Source: the human T2T-CHM13v2.0 reference genome, Homo sapiens
Length of the DNA: 64,000 bases
Direction: 5' to 3' (one strand)
NCBI RefSeq assembly: GCF_009914755.1
Contig: NC_060926.1
A program made the position numbers and the translations under genes. The notes beneath the pieces are model-generated. The model was not told the DNA's origin. It made no database searches and saw only the letters and a list, made by a program, of their open reading frames with translations. Shown here in pieces: positions 55,978 through 64,000 of this stretch (the stretch's first letter is position 1; each line of letters begins with the position of its first letter).

Positions 55978-56090
55978 AAGATTCTAATTAACCATGTATC
56001 ACACATTTTTTAAATCCTCAGATTTAAAAATGTGTGATACATGGTTAATTAGAATCTTTTTTAAATTTTTTAAATCCTCAGATTTAAAAA
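55978..56090. repeat. Near-perfect inverted repeat (39/38-nt arms, 4-nt loop) plus 26-bp direct repeat
   Basis: Arms 55978-56016 and 56021-56058; direct repeat 56005-56030 = 56065-56090. Confidence 0.97.
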
Positions 56091-56714
56091 ATCATACACA
56101 CTATGGAGCACAAGACCACAGTCTTTTATTAGAAGACGTTGGAAATAGATCTGCTCTCATAAGTCTCTGATTAAAGTCGACACCGAGGTCACCTCACAGG
56201 TTGGTTTGTTTTAAGGCAACTAACTTTCTTTTTGGTTTTGTAAATGATGTAAATCCTTGACTTGAGAGTCCCCTTCAATCCTTGAGAATTAAGTATATAA
56301 TTTTAAAAAAATTCAACCTCCTAACTTGAAAGGGCAAATACTGTCCTTTTTATATAGGTTGTGCTTTAAAAACATATCTGTCTGGTTAATTCATAGCCAT
56401 CGTTTCTCTCTCCTATGAGAGAATTACTCATAACTGGTGCCAATGCAGCTAGATGTGAAAGAAGCACTGTATCTGAAGGCATATTAGACACTGTGGGGTA
56501 CCAAACAGGGAAAAGACACCTACCATTTACTCTTAAAGAATTTATGATTTAGCTGGAAAGACAAGATGTGTACATACAAAATACATGTAAACATGAATGT
56601 CGATAGATAATTAGAGTCAGCCTGAGAAGGCAGAACATAGCAAGCTACAGAAGGTTGGGGAGGATACAGCTTGCCATGTCTTGGGTGATGGGGGTAGGTG
56701 GGGAGGGTCTAAAG

Positions 56715-57240
56715 CAATGGTCTCCAACCTTTTTGGCACCAGAGACTGATTTTGTGGAAGGCAATTTTTCCACAGACAGCGAGGAGGGGGGATTGTTTTG
56801 GGATGATTCAAGCACATCACATTTATTGTGCACTTTATTTCTATTATTATTACATTGTAATATATTATGAAATAATTATACAACTCAACATAATGTAGAA
56901 TCAGTGGGAGCCCTGCACTTGTTTTCCTGCAACCAGACAGTCCCATCTGGGGGTGATGGGAGACAGTGAAAGATCACCAGGTATTAGATTCTCATATGGA
57001 GTATACAACCTAGATCCCTCACATGAGCAGTTCACAATAGGGTCCACGCACCTATGAGAATCTATTGCCACTGCTGGTCTGACTGGAGGTATCTCAGGCG
57101 GTAATGCAAGCAATGGAGAGCAACTGTAAATACAGATGAAGCTTCGCTCATTCGTTCACCATTCACCTCCTACTGTGTGGCCTGGTTCCTATCAGGCCAC
57201 CAACTAGTACCAGTCCACGGCTGGGGGTTGGGGACCCCTG
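56715..57240 (+). mobile_element. MER1A hAT-Charlie element, full length, 8-bp TSD GTCTAAAG
   Basis: Termini caatggtctccaacc / ggttggggacccctg; 526 bp; identical TSD at 56707-56714 and 57241-57248. Confidence 0.93.
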
Positions 57241-57621
57241 GTCTAAAGGACTTTAGCCATGTTTCTAAGGACCTAAATCCCCTTTGCATGTGTACAGGCA
57301 CAAAACTCATCAGTATATACTAACTTCAGGTTTGATCTATGGGGCCAGGGTTGTGTTTCCTAATGCTCAATGATGTCGTTGAAATTCTAGCCTCCCAAGA
57401 AAAGAGTTCAGGGAGGAAATTTATGTTCTTTAATTACAAAACACATGGGTCTCTGGTAGAGAGCATACCCTTCCTTAAACGAAGCCTGGAGCAAAGAAAG
57501 GCCTGCTTTGTGGACTATCTACAAGGAATCACAGCATACATGCATTGAATGTACTCAAACTTCAGCTCCATGCATTTATCACCAAAATATAGAACAAAGC
57601 AAAAAACTGTTTAAACACTAT

Positions 57622-57930
57622 ACATGGGTGCCATGGCTCACGCTTTAATCCCAGAGCTTTGAGGGGCCAAGGCAGGAGGATCACTTGAGGCCAGGAATTG
57701 GAGACCAGCCTGGCCAACATAGCAGGACCCTGTCTTTAAAAATAAAAATAAAAATAAATAAATTATCTAGATGTGGTGGCACGTGCCTGTAATCCCAGCT
57801 ACCTGGGAAGCTGAGACAGGAGAATTGATTGAGCCCAGGAGTTTGAGGCTGCAGTGAGCTGATAGCATTCCTGTACTCCAGCCTGGGTGACAGAGCAAGA
57901 CTCTGTCTCAAATAAATCAATAAATAAATA
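57622..57930 (+). mobile_element. AluJ-type
   Basis: Full Alu. Confidence 0.92.
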
Positions 57931-58286
57931 CCACAGGGACAATTCCACCTGTCATCCCATTGAAAGAAAAAGGAGCCGAAGAATGGGGATGTGATTCAAA
58001 TGTGCCTTCAGTTGGTTCTGCTTCCTGGGTCTCTCATAGTTAAGCCTTCTAGCTCCCTGCAGTGTTACGCCAGTGTACAAAGATACTGTCAGTATTTCTT
58101 ATGCACAGCCACTAACCACAAGCCAAATCTTTCCTCAGCCAAAGAAACAAAGATCTGTTGACTTTTGTATCTAGCCCGTGGGTGAGACGGGCTTCCACTG
58201 TTTATCCTGAGTGGACGGTTTTCTTGTTTAATCATGGTAGCCAGTTCCTTGACAGCAGAATTCATTCTATGAGCTCTGGCTCTAGA

Positions 58287-58482
58287 CACAGCATTATCCA
58301 CTAAAACTTTCTGTGGTGTTGGAAATGTACTATAATCTCCACTGTCCAGTACAATGGCTACTAGCCATATTTAATTGAGCATTAGAGTGACTAAGGAACT
58401 GAATTTTCCATTGTATGTCATTTTAATCAGTTTAACTATAAGTGGCCACATGGGGCTAGCGTCTACTGTACTGGAAGTGTGG
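58287..58482. mobile_element. MER3-like hAT-Charlie MITE
   Basis: aactttctgtggtgttggaaatgt...ctactagccat...gtgactaaggaactgaatttt...gccacatggggctag. Confidence 0.8.
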
Positions 58483-59862
58483 GTGTGGAACATCACGAGC
58501 TGCTGGGCTTATGTTTGGTCTGGACACACAGAGAACACCAGGGGCTGCAGAAGTTCCTTATTTAAACCCAAGTCATGTTCGACCTCAAGTTCAGGAAAGG
58601 CTAGGTGCTTTCTAAAGGCTAGTGGAGGCCTAGTTGTATACAACACACAGGTGCTCCTGGTAAAGAAGTCATCCTAAGGGAAGAAGTGCTCAGGCGGTTC
58701 GATGCAGGAAGACAGGCAAGTTGAGAAGGAAGTGGCAACTCTGTGGTCCCAGGCCCCGCTCAGTGGAGCCACACTTGGGTGCTAGAACAAGGACATGGCC
58801 ATAAACCCCCTGCTTCCTCATGAACCTCACTCCCTGGAGCACAAAAGGGGAAGGTAGTGGCAGATGGGCAGCTTTCCTCATTCAGTCTTGCAGCCAGCCT
58901 GCATTTCCCAAGCAGTGTGTAAATGCTCTGCATAGTGCTGGGCAGTGGTGTTGGCACATGCATCAGTACCTACTCAGGCCTGCTTTTAACAACCTCTGTA
59001 CAGCTGTCAGCAGTGACAGCGATGCCATCATCGAGCATCAGGAGTATAGCTGTCTATTTTGGAATTCTAGTGACGATCAGGAGCATTTATTTCCATTTTT
59101 ATGTCCAAACCATAGGTGGCTGGTCTCCTATGAACAAGCCTTGGGTTCACCTGAAGCCAACCCAGAAGAAGGATGTGGCGCTTTGCTGAATCCTCAAGAA
59201 GCAAACCTACTCCAGAAAGCATTAGGGAGCAAGGAATTTTACTATTTTGTGGGAAGAAGTGCATTTTATCACATACCACCCAAAAAACTAGGGCATAAAA
59301 ATCCCTGTTAGACTTTTTTTTTTCTCTTCCAAGTCTCTCTTAGCTTCTATTCCCTCTCAGGACCCTCTTTTAGGCAGCTTCTAAATATCCCCTGGCTCCC
59401 TTCCTTATGCAGAGCTATTTGGCCACTACACGCTCTCCTGGGGGCTTTTTAAAGCATTCATCCTGCATGGGCCATTTTCCACCACAGGGGAGATTTGCCC
59501 CTAAGAAAAGTAGGATTTCTCTATCATTTCATTTGTTAGTTTCTTTAACACCCGGCCTCAAGTCCAGAGGAACTCAAGGCAGCAAAAAGTGAAAACACCA
59601 AGACAGGTGAGAAGGAAAAAGGCCAGGCACCTCCTGGTGCTTTCCAGTCTCAGGACTCAGGTTTAATGTCTCCTTTTCAACTTCCCCACCTTTATCCTAA
59701 AGAGTTCCCCTTTCCTCTCAATGTTGTCTTCTCTGTATGCTTGCTTAATATCCATCTCTCCCATTAGATAATAATTTCCACCAGGGCAGGTACCATACTA
59801 CTCTTATTCTACTGCATCCTGAGCACCTAGCATGATGTTTAACACATAATACATAACAAATA

Positions 59863-60003
59863 AGCCAGACACGGTGGCTCATGCCTGTAATCCCAACACT
59901 TTGGGAGGTGGAAATGGGAGGATCACTTGGGGCCAGGAGTTCAAGACCAGCCTGGGCAATACAGCAAAACACAGTCCCTTCCATCACCTACAAAAAAAAA
60001 AAA
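59863..60003 (+). mobile_element. FLAM / Alu left monomer inserted into an L2 3' end (about 59680-60030)
   Basis: Single Alu arm + poly-A; L2 tail aaatgtttgttgaatgaatgaatg resumes after it. Confidence 0.85.
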
Positions 60004-60039
60004 ATAAATGTTTGTTGAATGAATGAATGGTAGCCAAGA

Positions 60040-60540
60040 TGTGGTATTCATTATATATCACTGTGCAAAAAATTATTCCAAAATTTAGAGGCTTAAAATG
60101 ATAACAAACAGTTAAGATCTCACAGAGTTTCTGTCAGGAAACTGGGAACAGCTTAGCTACATAGTTCTAACTCAGGGTCTCTCAGGTTATATACAGTTAA
60201 GCTATCAGCCAGAGCTGCAGTCACTTGAAGCCTTGATTGGGGCTAGCGGATTCACTTTTCAACGTGGCTCATTCACATAGCTGTTAGCCGCACGAAATTC
60301 TCCACAGAACTGCCTGAGTGTAGTCACAACGTGGCAGCTGTGTTCCCTTTAGGGACTGATACAAGAGTGAACAAGGTAGAAGCTGCAATGTCTTTGATGC
60401 CCTAGCCTCAGAGGCCACCCTTCCACAATATCCCATTTCTTACATAGGTTAGCCCTATCCAATGTGAGCAGGAACTACACAAGGTATGAATATACCAGGA
60501 AGGGAAACTGTTGGGAGACATCTTGGAGACCAGCTACACA
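60040..60540 (-). mobile_element. MLT1-type LTR
   Basis: aaattattccaaaatttagaggcttaaaa...ctcagggtctctca...catcttggagaccagctaca. Confidence 0.7.
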
Positions 60541-61849
60541 GATGGCTAATTCTTGCAAATTCTCAGAATTATTTGAGTGGTTGTAGAATTCCTAGAAGGT
60601 AAATGACAGTGGAGCCAGAGAAATGCTGTTCATGGCTATTATGTTTCCCTAGTATTACAACCCCCACCCCCTACTACTGTTGCCTGGGATTAGTGTTTTC
60701 TATAGAATGTCTTCACTTGTACATCCAGATCCTCAGAGTAAACTATAACAAAGAGAGCATGAAGAACCCAGAAATTTCTAGTGGATTGAAAATAGCAAAA
60801 TTCCACTTATGAAATACGATGACAAAGTCTTCCTAAAATTATGGTAGAGGGTAGAAAATCAGTTCTTATTGGGAACCTCAAACAAACATAAATGTTTTTG
60901 AGAAAAGTACTCAATTTTTTTTTCAGTTCAAAGAGAAATGTAACTACTCAGAAAATGTGTGAGTTTTCCTTGTCTTCAAGTTTGATGTTTGGTTTTAATG
61001 GAATTGGATAGGAAGATAGACTGAGGTAGCAAAATCCATTAGTAGCCTGCATCAAAGGGCTCAGATTCAAATGCCTACAAGGGGAAAACATGTGATATTA
61101 AAGAAGCAAAATGGGCCACATGGGCAGCTGCCACCCAGACCTAGCCATTGTTGCCATAAATAAATGTGAGCCCTTTATTGCCAAAGCTTCTGGATTTTCT
61201 TTTAAAAGAAAAGCCAATATCTATTAAATGTTACATGTGAAAATAATTTTAACTATGTGGATTAATATGGCCCTTGATCTGGCATACTAGCTGCCAATTT
61301 GCAATCTTTGCTATGAGTTAAAGGGCAGATGGAGTAATAACCAAGCACCTGAATGGGTCCTGGCTACTGCTTGGGGGCAGAGTGGCGGGGGGCCCTTTTG
61401 AGAGGCTACTTGGCCTTTTGAGTTCTTCCAATTTACTGAGGAATTTTTCCATTCTCCTTTTCACAGACATTCTCTGCATATCTGAGAGTTGGGGGTAGGA
61501 GAGAGGGGGAAACATGACAAAGGAGTAAGAGAGTCTCATAACTCAATGGACATAGAAGCTGAAAGGAACAGCACACTAAAGCATTCTCATGCCACCGTTG
61601 GAGCTCCTCGTAGGTGAAAGGACCTTCCAAATGAAATCACTTCTGTAGACTCTAGCAGGACAACCAGCTCCTTACATAGTCAAAGAGAAAACCAGCTTTT
61701 GGCTTTCCTCCCTCCTCGGTAATAAAATCATCTGGGACTCCAAATGTCATTGGCTGTGCAATCGGGGTGCCTTCTTCATATCAGGCAGTGGTTTTGAGTG
61801 AAGTCAGTGCCTCTCCACTCAGAGACGCTGTGCAAAGGAAAAGAACATG

Positions 61850-62000
61850 AAGACAGACACATTAGGATTCAAATCTTGCCACTTACCAGCTACATGGCCT
61901 CCTTGCATAAGTTTTGACAAGTCTGAGCCTCATTTTTCTCATCTGTAATATGGGATAGCAAAAATCATCCTTATAAGATTATTGTAAGGATTAAACAAGA
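61850..62000 (+). mobile_element. MIR
   Basis: ttcaaatcttgccacttaccagct...tctgagcctcatttttctcatctgtaa. Confidence 0.8.
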
Positions 62001-63414
62001 GAAGACCCCTAACCATTAGGGTTACATCAGGGTGACAATTCTCTCACCTGATATTTTATATTCTGGGCCTTAACTTCGCAGTTCATAGTCTACCTGAATA
62101 GTAGAGCTTGCAAGTTTCTCACGTTGCAGATGAGAAAAACCAGTCCAGAGTGGTTAGGTGACTTTGTCAATGGTGGGACTTTGCTCCTCACTGCTTGTCA
62201 GGACCCTGTGCAAGTCTTCCTGAGATGACACAAGTGGGAACCAGCTCAGGAAGAATGATGAATGGCCCAAGACAGCAATGTTCTGTCTGGGCTGCTGAGG
62301 CCACTTAGTGGTGAGCTGGGACCCTGGCTACTGTCTTGGTTGATCCTACAGGAGAGGCTCATGTGCCTGACCCACCTCCCAGCCATGGTTGGAAGGGATT
62401 AATCAGTGGCTGGGAATGCAGCTGTGACAGCCATCCTTATTCCAGTGAGCCACCTGAGTGCACCCAGCGCTACGGCCAGATGGAAAACAACCGCTTAGGC
62501 CTTAACGAGCTTGTTCAGCTATAATTCTGGGGAGTCCTGAGAGCCCTGCTAATTACCCCATTTTGTTGTCATTGTTGTTGTTTGGTTTTGCTTTGTTTTT
62601 TGTTCGTTTCAGGTTTTCCTCACTGAGCAGGCCCCTGTTTTGGTTAGCTTGTCTCAGTTGTCCATACTATCACATACCAGTTTCCAGGCAGATTTCAAAT
62701 AATTTGCAAATGCAGGAGTACGAGACTGTGTTTGTAGTTGGCTGGATTCGAGCCTTCCTCAATTTGCCTGAATGGCTTCCATTTTTAACCCAGAGAGCAC
62801 ACTTCTCTTTCTAATCCATTCTAGCACCTGTTACAACCTACCCAAGGCACTGGAGGAGAGAGGAGACAGATTTTCTTTTATCCACAAAACGTAACTCCCT
62901 GGTTAGGCAATGAAAAAAGCACCAGGCTCTTTTGAGGTCAGGAGGATGAGGTGTAGTGCCCCGTCACAGGCTTTTCTGAAAAACAGTACGTGAAACACTG
63001 CCTGCTGGCCCTATCATAAAAGTGAAATGAAAAGTTGGACTGTGTTCACATGACAGTAAGTTCAAGGTACACCCTACCCTACCCACTCCAAGGCCTAAAA
63101 AAGGGGAAATTCCTGTGCTCTAAATTTGCTACAAGTGGGATGTATGAATGAAACAGAGTACCAAACAGACGAGCAAGTTCTGGGTGGCTGATGGTCTGCA
63201 GTTGGTGATGGACACCACGAAATCATGCTCCAGAGACCACCCACCTTCCTGGGGCAAGGCCTGGGGTCGCACTCTGGAGATGAGGTCCTGCCTGTAGAAG
63301 GTGCCTGTGAAGAACTGAAAGCTCTCTGGAAGGACAGTATATTGGCCTTAGAGATCTGAGACGTGAAGCCAGGTCTAGGGTGAGAGGGGACTGACAGAAG
63401 GCATGGAGCTCATT

Positions 63415-63555
63415 CGTGAAGTGATCTAATATTGCCATTTTACAGGTAAGGAAGCTGAGGCCCAGAGAGATGAAGCCAATTGCCTAAAGTCACACAGTTT
63501 GGAATAGATGTAGAAACAAAATCCAGATCTCTTGCTTCCTAAGCCAGGACTCTTT
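63415..63555 (-). mobile_element. MIR
   Basis: ccattttacaggtaaggaagctgaggcccagaga...cctaaagtcacacag. Confidence 0.8.
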
Positions 63556-63792
63556 GCAGGAAAAAAGCCAGTAGCAGGAGGTGGTGTGAGAAGCTGAGGT
63601 GAGATGGGAGTTCCCAAGGCTGCTAAAGAGGCTCTGAAAGGAAAGTAGTCAGATACTCAAATCTGTCCTATGTTTCCCAAGGATTATCACAGCTTATAGA
63701 GTAGTGAAAAGTGACCCCTACCCCCAAGAAATTGAATTTTGCTTCAAGGGTAAGGAAAACATCAGAAAAAGAGAAGGGTCATATTCTATTTC

Positions 63793-63962
63793 TGTATGTA
63801 TGCATGTATGTATGTATGTATGTATGTATGTATGTATGTATATATATAGAGATGAGGTCTCCCTGTTACCCAGGCTGGTCTTGAACTCCTGGGCTCAAGC
63901 AATCCTCCTGGCTCAGTCTCCCAAAGTGCTGGGATTACAGGCATGAACCACTACACCTGGCC
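63793..63962 (-). mobile_element. FLAM / Alu left monomer with tail expanded into (TGTA)n
   Basis: Reverse single arm 63847-63962 preceded by about 12 tgta units. Confidence 0.88.
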
Positions 63963-64000
63963 TCAATTTAGTTAGCTGCCTGGCAAAAGAGAAGGGCTGA

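Noticed and set aside
58820-59311. 163-aa ATG ORF sharing the 12-mer GACAGCGATGCC (DSDA) with LGALSL exon 1
   Set aside because: No similarity beyond the 12-mer and no recognisable domain; consistent with chance, not a duplicated exon or retrocopy.

Overview
Primate (almost certainly human) genomic DNA, rich in Alu, L1, L2, MIR, MaLR/ERVL LTRs and hAT DNA-transposon fossils. The one protein-coding gene is LGALSL (galectin-like / galectin-related protein, HSPC159) on the + strand. Its five coding exons (45702-45737, 46500-46571, 46745-46833, 47443-47620, 49440-49583; 519 nt) have GT-AG introns and splice to a 172-aa galectin-fold protein lacking most sugar-binding residues. It has a CpG-island promoter at about 45.0-46.3 kb and a ~2.9 kb 3' UTR ending near AATAAA at 52515. 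The 45 kb upstream is non-coding and repeat-dense, and from recall is the territory of the divergent lncRNA LGALSL-DT (not provable from sequence). Nearly all ORFs in the supplied track are repeat-derived or chance. I found no convincing new multi-gene system. The most unusual sequence-level signals are: (1) a near-perfect 38-bp-arm hairpin plus 26-bp duplication with a replication template-switch signature (55978-56090); (2) a diverged ~130-bp non-tandem local duplication (10385-10514 vs 11569-11717); (3) a candidate minus-strand 27-nt microexon followed by (UG)12 (15210-15236); (4) a cryptic NAGNAG acceptor that would truncate LGALSL without NMD; (5) fossil hAT-transposase and L2 reverse-transcriptase coding remnants. 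Repeat subfamily names are by eye and boundaries are approximate unless TSDs are quoted.
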